A program made the position numbers and the translations under genes. From Octopus sinensis (lineage: Eukaryota): a DNA stretch of 64,000 nt. Below the pieces are notes generated by a model that was not told the origin of the DNA, made no database searches, and saw only the letters and a list, made by a program, of their open reading frames with translations. Shown here piece by piece: positions 1 through 13,100 of this stretch. Position 1 is the first letter of the stretch, and every line of letters starts with the position of its first letter. The DNA lies in the NCBI RefSeq assembly GCF_006345805.1, contig NC_043004.1, forward strand, positions 89,280,001-89,344,000. Reading direction: 5' to 3'.

Positions 1-251
1 CGCTACCACCACCACCATCACTCTCACTACCACTACAGTCACCCTTACCACAGCGACCAACCATCATCACCACCACCACCACCAATCATCATTATCATTA
101 TCGTCATCACCACCACATCAACCATCACCACCACCATTATTACTGTTGCCACCACAGCCACCAAGGCCACCACCATCACAAATCATCATCACCAATTATC
201 ATCATCATCAACATCGTCATCATAATCATCATCATCTTCGTCGTCTTCACC

Positions 252-282
<31 letters not shown>

Positions 283-870
283 CCATCATCGTCATCACTA
301 TCATCATCATCTTCATCATTACCATCATTGTCATCACCATCATCATCATCATCATCATCATTGTCATCACTATCATCATCATCTTCATCATCACCATCAT
401 TGTCATCACTATCATCATCATCATCATCACCATCATCGTCATCACTATCATCATCATCTTCATCATTACCATCATTGTCATCATCACCATTATCATTGTC
501 ATCATCATCATCATCATCACCATCATCATTGTCATCATCGTTGTCATCATCATCATCACCACCATCATCATCATCATTGTCATCATCATCATCACTACCA
601 TCATCGTCATCATCATCATCATCACCACCATCATTATCACCACTGCCACCATCACCATCATCATCATTGTTGTCATCGTCGTTGTTGTTGTCATCATCAT
701 CACCACCACTACCCACCATTACCAACACTGCCACCACCACCAATCATCATCATCGACGTCGTCATCTCCTCAGTATGTAGGCCACCACTACCACCACATC
801 TTTCACTAACACCACCAAGACTATATCTCTACTATCATCTCCACCAACACCACTAACACCACCTCCAACA
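1..870. repeat. (CAT/CAC)n compound trinucleotide microsatellite
   Basis: Visible directly. Source of the poly-His/Asp/Ser/Met ORFs. Confidence 0.95.
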
Positions 871-1281
871 ATGTGAAAGAAGACTGTAAAAGAGGGAGTT
901 TTTTGTAGATAGGTTGTTGTAAGTTTTTTTGTTTTGTTTTGTTTTGAATTTTTGTTATTCTTATTGATGTTGTTCTTCAGCCCTAGGTCAGTCCTGATCA
1001 AACAAGCCTTGATCAAAGTGTTCCAACCATGACATGACCATATCATATTATTTATTTCAAAATATAATCTAGGTCTGCATCACCCAATGTGCACTCCTTT
1101 TTTTAAGATGTTAAATGTGAGGGGGGGACTCTGGCTGTTATTTCTAGCATATAGAGTGCACCCTAAAAGACTCCATGTTGTTGATGTTGTTAGAATCTCT
1201 AGAGATTGCTCAAATATTTGAAGATGATTCATAAAAGTCTCAAAGATAGTCCAAGATTTAATGATTTATCCCAGTGTACTT

Positions 1282-1473
1282 CATTCTATGTTTAAGAGAT
1301 GAGGAATTATTTACAGTGTTTACATTATTTACATTCAACAAATATTTGTCCTCATCTTGTTTGTTGTTAACACAACATTACAGCTGATATACCCTCCAGC
1401 CTTCATCAGGTGTCTTGGGGAAATTTCGAACCTGGGTTCTCATTCCTAAGGTATTTTTCAATGTTGTTGTTGC

Positions 1474-1508
<35 letters not shown>

Positions 1509-1598
1509 TCACTGCCTGGAATTGAACTCGGAAACCTGGGGTTAGTAGCCCACGCTCTTAACCACTATGCCATATGCCCATAGGCATATGGCATAGTG

Positions 1599-1657
<59 letters not shown>

Positions 1658-1825
1658 TAATAATAACAACAACAACAACATCAAAAAATACCTTAGGAAT
1701 GAGAACCCCAGTTCGAAATTTCCCCAAGACACCTAATGAAGGCTGGTGGGTATATCAGCCAAAACGCTGTGTTAGTAACAAACAAGATGAGGACAAATAT
1801 CCGTCAAATGTAAATAATGTAAATA
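1282..1825. mobile_element. Head-to-head fold-back insertion of a tRNA-headed SINE with an HHR-like tail, 14-bp TSD
   Basis: TSD ATCCCAGTGTACTT at 1268-1281 and 1826-1839. Central perfect 21-bp palindrome arms 1558-1578 and 1583-1603. A and B boxes on the - strand 1505-1578. Inverted tails about 1320-1470 and 1670-1825 with degenerate HHR cores. Confidence 0.8.
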
Positions 1826-1889
1826 ATCCCAGTGTACTTTTGTTAAGATTTTCTTCATAACTTTCCAAAGCAAAAATCCAAGGAATCAA

Positions 1890-2645
1890 TGTTTATCCCT
1901 TAAACTAGTGTTTATCTCTTGAGTAAGTAGTTTTTCCATGAGCCTCTATTTTTCTTTTGAACCAGCATTTTTCTGTTGGGTCAATATTCTTAATTTGAGC
2001 CAGTATATTTTTCCCTTCAGCCAGTGATTTGCTCTTAAGCCAATGTTTATCTCTTAAATTTATTTATCTTTTAAGCCAGTGCTTTTCTCTTAAGCCAGTA
2101 CTTTCTTCTTGAGCCAGTGTTTTCTCATAAGTTAGTGTTTTCCTCTTGAACCAGCATCTATTTCTTGAGCCAATGTTTTTCTCTTAAGCTAGTACTTTCT
2201 TCTTGAACCAGTGTTTTACTCATAAGTTAGTGTTTTCCTCTTGAACTAGTATTTATCTCTTGATCCAGTGTTTTCTCATAAGTTAGTGGTGTCCTCTTGA
2301 ACCAGTATTTATTTCTTGAGCTAGTGTTTTTCTCATAAGTTAGTGTCTTCCTCTTGAACCAGCATCTATCTCTTGAGCCAATATTTTTCTCTTAAGCTAG
2401 TACTTTCTTCTTAAACCAGTGTTTTCTCATAAGTTAGTGATGTCCTCTCAAGCTAATGTTTATATCTCTTGAGCTATTGCTTTTCTCTTAAACCAATGTT
2501 TTTTTTTTCTTAAGCTAATGATTATCTCATTATTTCTTGAGACAGCATTTATCTCTTGAGCCAGTGTTTATCTCTTGAGCCAGTATTTTTCACTTAGGCC
2601 AGTATTTTCCTCTTGAGTCGGTGTTTTTCTCTTGAACCAAATGAT
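1890..2645. repeat. Degenerate minisatellite with a 19-20 bp unit
   Basis: About 35 units resembling TCTTGAGCCAGTGTTTTTC with alternating variants. Confidence 0.85.
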
Positions 2646-2799
2646 TTCTTCCAGAAGACAAACAAAATTGTAAGAGAAAGAAGAACTGACTCCGGTTTCA
2701 GGATTGATTATTCATTGATTCTGAAAAGATGAAAGGTGATGACGGCAGTGGCAATGACTATGACAATGAAAACAACAATGATAACGATGATGACATAAT

Positions 2800-2975
2800 C
2801 TCTTCATCTCTCTGCCTCAGACCTGATATTTCTCAATTTTCATACTTCCTTTGATATTCACTCTATTATCATTCTGGATTGCAAAATCAATGCTCTTACA
2901 CTGTTTGTTCTTTCTCTCCTTCACAATCATATCTATTTTCCCTGCTTCAATAGTTTGGTCAGTCACAATGCAGAA

Positions 2976-3032
<57 letters not shown>

Positions 3033-3320
3033 GTTATTATATTTTATTATTATTGTTGTTATTATTTTTAATTTTATTCACTCAACTTCTCGTTTATCTA
3101 TGTTTATGTCACGTCATTGCTCCATCCCACAGTTTTGACACGCAACTCTTTCCTTGACACATGAGCTGGTTTCAAGTACTGCTGCCACCTGAATGCTTTC
3201 TAAGAAGTTTGATATGGCAGCTTTTGATAGCAGAATATTAACTCTTTTTAAGATGGTCCCAAGTGCACCGATCACAATAGGTACCGCAATCAATTTTGAA
3301 GCTGTATGGATTCTTTTCAC
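2800..3320 (-). mobile_element. Two decayed R4/Dong-like endonuclease fragments separated by (TAA)n
   Basis: 3310-3130 translates VPIVIGALGTI...IQVAAVLET. 2975-2800 translates FCIVTDQTIEAGKIDMIV...KSIDFAI. Confidence 0.7.
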
Positions 3321-4238
3321 TTTTTCTTCTTCTTCTTCATCATCATCACCACCACCATCATCATCATCATCATCATCACCACCACCACCACCACCACCAC
3401 CACCATCACCATCATCATCATCATCATAAGGCAAGCAATGAGTTGGCAGAATTGTAAGTGCGCTGGACAAAATGCTATGTTCTGAGTTCAAATTCCACCA
3501 AAGTCGACTTTGCCTTTAATCTCTTACTTGCTTCAGTCACTGGATTTGGACTATGGTCATACTGAGACACTGCCTTGAAAGGTTTTAAGTGAACAAATTG
3601 ACCTCAGTTGTTCTTGTTGTTGTTGGCATCCTTTTTGTCTCGGGAGACAATGGAGTTGCGCATAAACTAATCCAGTCTGGTTTTTACATTTCATGTCCTC
3701 TCCAGTTTCCCCTCCAGTTTTGCACTGGCCTGAGCTAGATGTAAGAAAATCCTGGGTAGCCCAATCTTCAGGATTCCTCTCTTGACCTTGCTGACGTAGT
3801 CCAAAGAAGTGCAGAGCATTATGTTTGGCACCAGCTTGGTTGCAGGAGCTGCCAGAAGAGTGTCCAGTTGAACACTAAATTGCCTATGGGGCTCCACTGA
3901 GGATTTCTCTGAAGGTTGTCTCCTTTCTGTAACCCTGGATAGGAGTCCATACCAGATACTGTCAGCCGGGGCCAGCTGAGCCCGGGACTTGTGTCAGGCA
4001 GGTTCATCACTCCCTGAAGTAGTAAAGAAAATCACTACCCACTACCTATACTTATTGACCTCAGTACTCTTGCATTTTCATTGGAGTTATTTTGGTGGGG
4101 GGAGGGAGTTAGTCTGACACTTATTCTATTGATCTCTTACACCAAACTGCTAAGATACATCAATGTAAACAAACTAACACCAGTGTCTGGTACATATGCT
4201 ATCATTCTCTTTTTGCTGGACTAATAAGTTACAGAGAT

Positions 4239-4550
4239 GAGTGGCTGTGCAGTAAGTAGCTTGCTTACCAACCACATGGTTCCGGGTTCAGTCCCACTGC
4301 GTGGCATCTTGGGCAAGTGTATTTTACTATAGCCTTGTTTGCGTGTCTGTGTTCATCCCTCCAACATTGCTTGACTACTGATGCTGGTGTGTTTATATCC
4401 CCGTAAAATAGCAGTTCAACAAAAGAGACTGACTGAATAAGTACTAGGCTTACAAAGAATAAGTCCTGGGGTCGATTTGCTCAACTAAGAGGCGATGCTC
4501 CAGCATGGCCACAGTCAAATGACTGGAACAAGTAAAAGAGTAAAAGAGTA
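4239..4550 (+). mobile_element. SINE family A, internally deleted
   Basis: Same head and tail as the 29752 copy. Confidence 0.75.
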
Positions 4551-5945
4551 AATCGTCAAGCAGTGAGGGAAAACACAAAGGCAAAGGAAAAGCACACACA
4601 CACACATACACACACATGACATACTTCCATACAGTTTCTATGTACCAAATTCACTGACATGGCTTTGATGGGCTTAAGGTTATAAAGTATATTGATATAT
4701 AATAAAAGAATAATCAAAAAAGTAAAGTTCCTGGCTTTGGGTAAAAGAAAATACAGGAAGATCAGTTAATTATGATTTTATTCAACATATTCCCCTCTCA
4801 CATTCACACACACTTTTGCAGTGACCCTTCAGTTTATGTAGTTTTCCCAGATGGCATCTACAACACACCTTTGATTGACATAAATGAAATAGTGGTAATG
4901 GATGGATCATATCTGCTTTCATTTGTCTTCCCACAAACCAACTAAACGGATCCCAAAAGTTTATCTATAGAATTTGTTAGCAAAAGGTGAAATGTTATCA
5001 AATCTTAACTGAATATATATGAGAGAATGTTGAAATGTTCTTGGCTCTGGATAAAAGAAAATACAGGAAAATCAGTTAATTATGATTTTATTCAACATAT
5101 TCCCCTCTCAGATTCACACACTTATTGCAGCAGTCCTTCAGTTTTTCCAAGCCCTTCAAAAGAACTCAGAAGGTTGGGCTTCCAACAAGGCCTATCACAA
5201 AACCCTTAAAGCTAGAAACTTTTCAACACCCCTTTTAAGTGCTTTTTAAATATGGTGGGGAAGGGATTTGTTGTTTAAAACCATATATTAAATGCACCCC
5301 TAATTTTAATCTTAGAGTATTACAAATGGCAACAATGTTTTATAATGCATTACTGTTCAGTTACAGCTGGCCAGAACCCTAACTCATATAATTCTTATCT
5401 AAGATAAAATATATAACAATGCACTATCTTTAATGTTATTGTAAAGTCACAGATGGCCAGAGACAGTTTTATCTAAGATAGAATAGGCAACAGAAATTAA
5501 TTATATTTTTTCTTATACATTACTCCACCCCTGTTTGCTTCTTCGATATTCTTATCTGGACTTATTTATACAACAGTCAGTGAGGCAAATATTGATCTTT
5601 GAATCAATTGCATCTTGTCTTCTCAAGAATTAACAAATTACCTTTTCACCTGGCAAGAAATTAATGTATGTCGACAGGAAAGTTGGTCAAAGTGATTATA
5701 AATCCTTTAACCAGGTGATATATAGGTGATACATCAATATTTATTGGTTACTTTTTATAGTTTCTACTGACAGACAATGAGTCTATGTGGCTGCCTTATC
5801 ATGGTGGCTTCACCTGAATGAAATAGCAGCTAAAAATCTTCCATAAATTACACTATATTGTCTTTAAGAAAAGAAAAACTGGGGCTACTTCTCCATGGGG
5901 ATTTGATTAGAACATTTTATAAGACACAAAATATTCAAAATATTA

Positions 5946-6178
5946 AGTCGGCAAGCTGGCAGAAATGTTAGCGCACCGGATGAAATGCATAACGGTATTT
6001 CATCTGCTGTTACGTTCTGTGTTCAAATTCTGCTGAGGTCGACTTTGTCTTTCATCCTTTCGGAGTCAATAAATTAAGTACCAGTTACGCACTGGAGTCG
6101 ATGTAATCAACTTAATCCCTTTGTCTGTCCTTGTTTGTCCCCTCTATGTTTAGCCCCTTGTGGGCAATAAAGAAATAA
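5946..6178 (+). mobile_element. SINE family B
   Basis: Matches the 56961 copy. Confidence 0.78.
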
Positions 6179-6654
6179 CAAAATATTCAGAAAAAGAGAG
6201 GAAGTTGAAATCAGTCTTTCAGACTCTATTCTGCAGGAAAAGAAACAGGTTTCTTTGAACGTGGCATAAAAAGAAATTACTTTCCTGTTGGAGAGCCAAA
6301 TCTTCCTCAATTTACACCATATTCTCTTTAAAAATAGGGGAAAATGTAATGAGCCAATGAAGGTGCCCCTCCATGGTGGATTGATCTGCATGAAATAAGA
6401 ACCAAATCTTTCTCCAATTACACCTTACTGCCTTTAAAAGTAATTAGAAATGCCTTTGATAATTTAGCCTCAGATCTATATCTAGAAAAAAAGGACAGAG
6501 TGGTTATAACTGGAATGTTTTTATAATATGTCATCTCAACCAAGGATGATTTCAGGATAAACAACTAATACACACACACATACACACACAAAATGTGAAA
6601 TTATTACAACTGGGAATTGAAACAACTATGAATTCAACACCTCACTAGAAAACT

Positions 6655-7116
6655 CTTCCTCTCTCTATCTATCTATCTCTCTTGCTGTCTCTCTCTCACA
6701 CACACACATACACTTTCTTTTTTTCCCTTTCTGCCTCTCTCCCTTTCTCTCTCTCTATTTCACTCTCTCTCACTCTCTCTCTCTTTGTCATTCTTTCTCT
6801 TACTATCTCTTTTCTCTTTCTCTCTCTTTCTATCAGTTTCTTTGTATCTCTTTCTCTCTCTTTCTCACTCTCAGTTTCTTTGCATCTCTTTCTCTTTCTC
6901 ACTCCCACTTTCTTTTTGCTTTTCTCTCTCTCTCTCACACACACACAAACACATACACACTCTCTCCATTTCTCTTTCTCACATTCTCAGTCTGTCTCTC
7001 ATTCTCTCTCTTTCTCTGTCACTTTCTCTTTGCTCCTCTCTCTCTCTCACATACACACACACACACACTCCATTTCTCTTTCTCACATTCTCACTTTGTT
7101 TCTCATTCTCCTCTCT

Positions 7117-7175
<59 letters not shown>

Positions 7176-7180
7176 CCCAC
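6655..7180. repeat. (CT)n/(CA)n low-complexity tract
   Basis: Visible directly. Confidence 0.9.
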
Positions 7181-7374
7181 TCAGCTACTACATTAAGCAC
7201 CTATTACAGAAATTTAATACCCCACAATGACCTTAGCTCTACACACTGACCTTAATTAACACACTGAACTTAATTATCCCATTGTAATATTGATCTTTTT
7301 CGGTGGTGACTATTGTAGAGCAAAATACTAAACTCTCATCAAGTCAAAACTAGGAATCAACCTCAATCCCTGCT

Positions 7375-7600
7375 TAACCCTTCAGTATTCAGACGACTCT
7401 GTCAAATGCAATACTTATTTATTCATATTGTTTTGAATTAATCATGTATTATCTCATAACTTTGAGATTGCAATGATGATTGCTTATTGTTAGAATGACA
7501 TTGTAGGGTAGGTGTGAGAGGCCAAATCTTGCCAATTTGAACATAAAATGTGTAGAATATTTTTAGGCTGGATATGGCCAGTTTAAATGCTAAAGGGTTG
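7375..7600. mobile_element. piggyBac-like MITE
   Basis: TTAA-CCCTTcagtatt at the left end and aatgctaAAGGG-TTGA at the right end. Related AT-rich repeats ending in gggttaa at 7790-8885. Confidence 0.45.
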
Positions 7601-7899
7601 ACAATCGACAAGTCCTTTAACCCCTTGGGAATATGTTGTTTTATAAAGTTCTTATCCTCCATGGGGTTAATTACCAAAATAAATATGAATGACACACTAC
7701 CGGATAGGAGAGATGATATACTATTTCTAGATGGTTCCTGCTTGTTTGACCTTGCCTCTGACATGATTGGTTGATTTATATTTCATAGTGGTGAGAAACC
7801 CCGATTATTTTCTGAACACCAAAATATGTTCCAAATCCTAGCTTAATAATAATGAATTTATTTTCCTAAATTCTTCATTTTCAAAATTAATCAAAACAC

Positions 7900-8260
7900 A
7901 GGCACAGAAGTGGATGTGTGGTAAGTAGCTTGCTTACCAACCACATGGTTCCGGGTTCAGTCCCACTTCGTGGCACCTTGGGCAAATGTTTTCTACTATA
8001 GCCTTGGGCCAACCAAAGCCTTGTGAGTGAATTTGGTAGACGGAAACTGAAAGAAGCCCATCGTATATATGTGTGTATGTGTGTTTGTGTTTGTCCCTAC
8101 CCATCATCACTTGACAACCAATGTTGATGTGTTTATGTCCCCATAACTCAGCGGTTTGGCAAAAGAGGTCGATAGAATAAGTACTGGGGTCGATTTGCTT
8201 GACTAAAGGTGGTGCTCCAGCATGGCCGCAGTCAAATGACTGAAACAAGTAAAGAAAAAA
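7900..8260 (+). mobile_element. SINE family A
   Basis: Same head, body and tail as the 29752 copy. Confidence 0.78.
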
Positions 8261-9964
8261 AAGGCCATTTATTTCAACAGAAAATTGGTTACAAAAAGAT
8301 TAAAGTAATCCAAATCAAAACCTTCCACCAAAATTTCTTGTGAATATACGTTCCAAGCACTAGCTTAAAAATGACAAAATTATTTTACTAAACTCATTAT
8401 TTTCAAAATTAATTGAAACAAAAACAGAGTATTTCAACAAAAATATACTAACAAAAGGATTAAAGTAATCCGAATTAAAACTTTCCATCAAAATTTCATA
8501 TTAATCTAAGCTCCAAACACTAGCTTAAGAATGAAGTTATTTTACCAAATTCTTCATTACATACTAAGGTTATCTCTACAGATTTTATATAGAAATTATA
8601 GCCATTTTTCATCTTTAGTCTCATTGTTTTCTTTATATCAGGCTTCTCGGATACAAGATATAACAAAATTAGTGCTGGCTATAATTTCTATAGATGTAAT
8701 AGCACTGCTAACACAGTAGAACATGATATTGACTTATAAAGACATTTAATATACTTTGTAGTATATCATGGTTGCATAACGAGATACTGTGTCCCTACAT
8801 GTAATTAAAATTCTCCATTATTTTCAATATTAATTGAAACAAAGGCAGTGAATTTCAACAGAAATATGGTAACAAATGGGTTAAAGCCATTTATTCCACA
8901 TAGTCTCATGTAGGGCCCTTGTTAAACATATGCACACAAGAACCACATTATTGCTTTGGTCCATCGTCTAGAATATCTGACCATTGTGTCTAACCCAAAA
9001 AACAATTTCTTATGACAAAGCAAAAGGTCAGGATTTACTATTAGAATATAGAGTTTATTGAAGTATTCCCATGTATATTACTGTTATAGGTGAAAACATG
9101 GCTGTGTGATTGACAAGTTTGTTTCCCAAACACATGGTTTCAGGTTCAGTCCCACTGAGTGCCACTTTTACTATAGCCTCACTCCAGTCAAATCCTTGTG
9201 ACTGGATTTAGTAGATGGAAAATGAAAGAAGACTGTTGTGTGTGTATGTGACCGCATGTGTATCATTGGCGATTTTTTTTCCCTCCGTCTTCCCTTCCTT
9301 GGATCTTTCCTTTTCCTATGTTTCTGATGAAGAGCTCCGCTCCAAACGTTAAATCCTCCTTCTTTCTTTCCTTTCCTGAGCGTCCAATAACACATTACTT
9401 GTTCCACGTCCTCATGTTGTTGTGTTTACATGCTGTAATGATTATGGTACAGATGATGATGATGATGATAATGACAATGATGATGACGATGATGCCTATA
9501 AGTGAGGATGACAAGGGTGATGATAGCGATCACATGATTGTAGTGATGCTGATGACGATGACGACGATGATGACGGCGATGGTGATGATGATGATAGCGA
9601 TGTTCATGATAACAATATTCACATGATGGTGATGATGATGATGTTAATGATGATGATGTCAATGATGATGATAATGATCATGGCAGTAATAATAGCGTTA
9701 ATTAATTTGACAACTTGGAACTGGTACGGACTGTGGGGTAGTCCGACTGTCCAACTAAAATGGAGCATTGCATAGCCGGATGAGCCTCACAGACACAGAA
9801 AACTAAATAAAAGAAGGTTTTTTTTTAGATTTTTAGCATGTATCCAAAGTTTTAGGTGAATGTTTCACAGGTGTATCCACATCTGAGCCAATTAGCGTTC
9901 TGTTTATCATTTATGCAGTCATCAAAATTGTTATAATGTCTTGTTGTTGAGATAAGTTCTCTTT

Positions 9965-10050
9965 CTTTCCTGATGAGAAGACTACATCATTTTACACCGT
10001 TTATTCCTTTGGAATAAAACCAATGTTGTCTTCGAAACATATGTCGAAAG
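9965..10050 (+). ncRNA. Solitary type I hammerhead ribozyme with extended stem II, predicted cleavage after C10045
   Basis: CUUUC-CUGAUGA-GAAGAC...GUCUUC-GAAA-C(AUAU)G-UC/GAAAG. Loop II contains the hairpin UUUAUUCC-uuu-GGAAUAAA. Stem III is the palindrome ACAUAUGU. Confidence 0.85.
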
Positions 10051-10854
10051 TAAAAGAATTTGAATAACACCTGCGTTCAGAAATTGTAATGATTTTTGCA
10101 CCATAACTAACGAGGAAAGAGCACATCTATGACTTGTTCATTCCTTTGTCGAGGTTCTGTTTTCATTTTTTAAACTTGTGTGTGTGTGTATGTGTTATGT
10201 TGTGTCTCCTTGTTTTGACATAATGAGATTCTTGTAAACAAGTGTCACCGTCATACAAGCAGTGTTCTTCATTTCGAATATTCGGCAAAAACATGTCTGC
10301 CCATGGAGATATTATTACCTTGCTTGAAATTATGTGACATTTGGCAAGTGGAAGGGCATCCCGCAGAAGAAAATCTGCCTCAATAAACTTCATTTGAGCC
10401 ATACAAACATGGAAAAGTGGATGTTAACATCATGATGATGATGATGATGATGATCAAGCGTTAAAAATTCCTCACAATACTGTAACTAAATACTGTATAA
10501 GTCTAGCAATTTACCATTTTTTCTTTCTCAATCGATAGCCTTACTGCACAGAAATATTAAAAATTTCTTAGTAACTCTACATTTTTCTCTACTGACGTCA
10601 AATAACAAACATTTATCTTAAATACCTCCTCAGAGATTTTATAATACTCGATACTGTTCCAGAAGAAACCAGTGACCTGAAGTAGTTCTCATTAACCTTA
10701 ACTAGTCCATAACAAAGTTAAATATCTCTTGTGTATGTGACCTTAACTGTCTGTCCACAATTTTTGTTTTTTGGTCTAGAGTCTAGACTGTATAGAAGTG
10801 TGTAGTATGGTATAGTAGGAAGAGGATGGGAGGAAGGGAAGTGATGGTGGTGGT

Positions 10855-11295
10855 GAAGAAGAAGAAGAAGAAGAAGAAGAAGAAGAAGAAGAAGAAGAAG
10901 AAGAAGAAGAAGAAGAAGAAGAAGAAGAGAGTAAGAAAGAAAGAGAGAGAACAAAAGACGGGAAGAGGGAGGAGAAAGGAAGAAGAGGAGAAAAAAGAGA
11001 AAAGAAGGGGAAATGAGTAGGAGAAAGAAAGAAAGAAAGAAAAAAAGAAAGAAAGAAAGAAAGAAAAACGGTGAAAGGAGAAAGGATATGTGGGAAAAGA
11101 AAGAGAAGGGGAAGAAAGAGAAGAAAAGAACAAGAACAAGAACAAGAAGAACAAGAACAAGAAGAACAAGAAGAACAAGAACAAGAATGAGAAGAACAAG
11201 AAGAAGAAGAAGAACAAGAAGAAGAAGAAGAAGAACAAGAACAAGAACAAGAACAAGAACAAGAACAAGAACAAGAAGAAGAAGAAGAAGGGAAG
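10855..11295. repeat. (GAA)n/(GAACAA)n purine-rich tract
   Basis: Visible directly. Confidence 0.92.
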
Positions 11296-11933
11296 ATATT
11301 AACTAATGACATCGGTGTAAAAAGTAGGAGGGAAAAGTATGTAGTAGTGGTGGTGTGAGTGAATGAGAGAGAGAGAGAGAGAGAAAAGGGGGAGCAGGAG
11401 ATAATGGTGAAGATTATACGGTGGGAAGATTAAATGGATAAAAAGATTTATAAAAGGTGTCTTGTACGTGAATGTATTATTTCTTATCTTGATGTGTTTC
11501 AATTACTGGACTGCGGCCACGCTGGGGCATCGTCTTGAAAAGTCTAGTCGAATAAATCAATCCCGGTACTTTTTTTTTTTAAGTCTGGTAAAGATTTTAA
11601 AGTTTTTGAAGACTTAGAAAGTCTGGGACTTGTTCTTAGCCGAATCGCTAAGTTCCAGAGACGTAAACAAACAAACGTTGGTTATCAAGCGGTGGGGGAG
11701 GACAAACATAAACACATACATACATACATACACACTACCTTAGCTAGAGTCTGTACCACCCGGGACGGCCCTTTTGTTTGTCACCCCAGGATTCCACAAA
11801 AAACACATATTGCCTACAGGAGACCCTTTAAAAGTGCCGCCCGGGGAAGACCGCCCCCTCCCAGTACATACATACATACATTCATAGAACGGGCTTCCGC
11901 GCAGTCCCCACTTACAAGGCATTGGTCAGTTTA

Positions 11934-12277
11934 GGGCGGACGTAAAGAATGTGGAGTGCACCCCACCCCCCACCCCCACTGTATTTATTTATTTTTTTAC
12001 CGAATCCCCCATTTTCGAGCACAGAGATTCTGATTCTGCAAAAAGAAAAAAAAGAAGCATTTTAAACTATGGAGATTATTTCCGTATTTATCTATGTATT
12101 TCGCAAAAAAAAATTACTGAAAAAGTTAAAATTTAAGAATGAGGTGGAACCGAAATTAAAATTTTAAAATACCGTTTTTTTATAGAATCAGAATCTCCGT
12201 ACTCGAAAATGGGGGATTCTGTAAAAAATAAAAAAAGAACCCAAAAGATATGCGGTCCACATTCTTTACGTCCGCCC
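11934..12277. mobile_element. MITE with long TIRs inserted into a SINE
   Basis: GGGCGGACGTAAAGAATGTGGA / TCCACATTCTTTACGTCCGCCC termini with inverted sub-terminal blocks. (C)AGTTT duplicated on both sides. Confidence 0.78.
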
Positions 12278-13100
12278 AGTTTGGGGCTATAGGAGAGGTG
12301 GTGTGCAATGAGTGGGACTGAACCCGAATCCACGTGGTTAAAAAGCAAGGTGTATTTACAAAAGCAATAGTTAAGTTCGCTTCCCAGTCATGAAGTTTTG
12401 CGTTCGATCTCAGTGAGCTGCACCTTGGACAAGTCTCTTTTATCATAACTTATAGAGCTGAATTAAGCCTTTGTGAAATGAAAACTGTGGGAAAACGTAT
12501 CGGATGGAAACATTTTTCGGAAAGATTTCCCTCCACCCGAAGGAAATAAATAATGAATAGGAAACATTTTTTTAAATTCATAACTACAGATGTGTGCCAT
12601 CCGATTATGCTTCATTATAATTTTCTTAAGAATGCACATTTTTTAATGAAATTTTCCAAAGATACGTGTAAATTCGGGTTACATCGGAATTTCTTGTGGG
12701 AAAAGTTTTCTAAAGGAGTTTAGAATATTTCAAACACTTTGAATTGTTTCCGCATAATTACCTGAAAATGAATATTTTTTAAATAAAATTTTATACAAAT
12801 ACTTATCACATGCTGTAAATTGTGATTATGTCGGAAGAATCAAAGTTGTTAAGAGCACAGTTGTGCTTACATCGGAATTTGCTTTGAAAAATGTACGAGG
12901 AAACAAAATCGAGAAGTTTGATTTATCTGACCCCATCCCCAGTTTTTTTTTTTTTTTTTGCTACATTTGAAATATTTGTAAAAATAATTGTAAAAACATA
13001 TTCGTTTTTGAGAAAATTATGAAGCATTATCAAGAAGTGTGAATTATCCGAAATTCCTCTCCAACTCTCCGAGAAAATTTTTCACAATTTCCAATATAAA

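Noticed and set aside
146-856. Poly-His/Asp/Ser/Met ORFs and the many similar low-complexity ORFs (YI, HT, CV, LS repeats)
   Set aside because: They are translations of microsatellites open in several frames, with no splice or homology support.
1505-1578. Possible tRNA gene
   Set aside because: Has A/B boxes and an anticodon-like loop but no convincing acceptor stem. It is the head of a SINE.
1890-2645. CRISPR-like regular repeats
   Set aside because: Contiguous degenerate units with no unique spacers, in a eukaryotic context with no cas genes.
5665-5714. Possible upstream first exon (MYVDRKVGQSDYKSFNQ, then GT)
   Set aside because: Weak donor and phase incompatible with the 18254 exon.
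10626-10676. Possible 51-nt minus-strand exon (VTGFFWNSIEYYKISEE) near a TGACGTCA site
   Set aside because: Weak acceptor, no partner exons and no recognisable homology.
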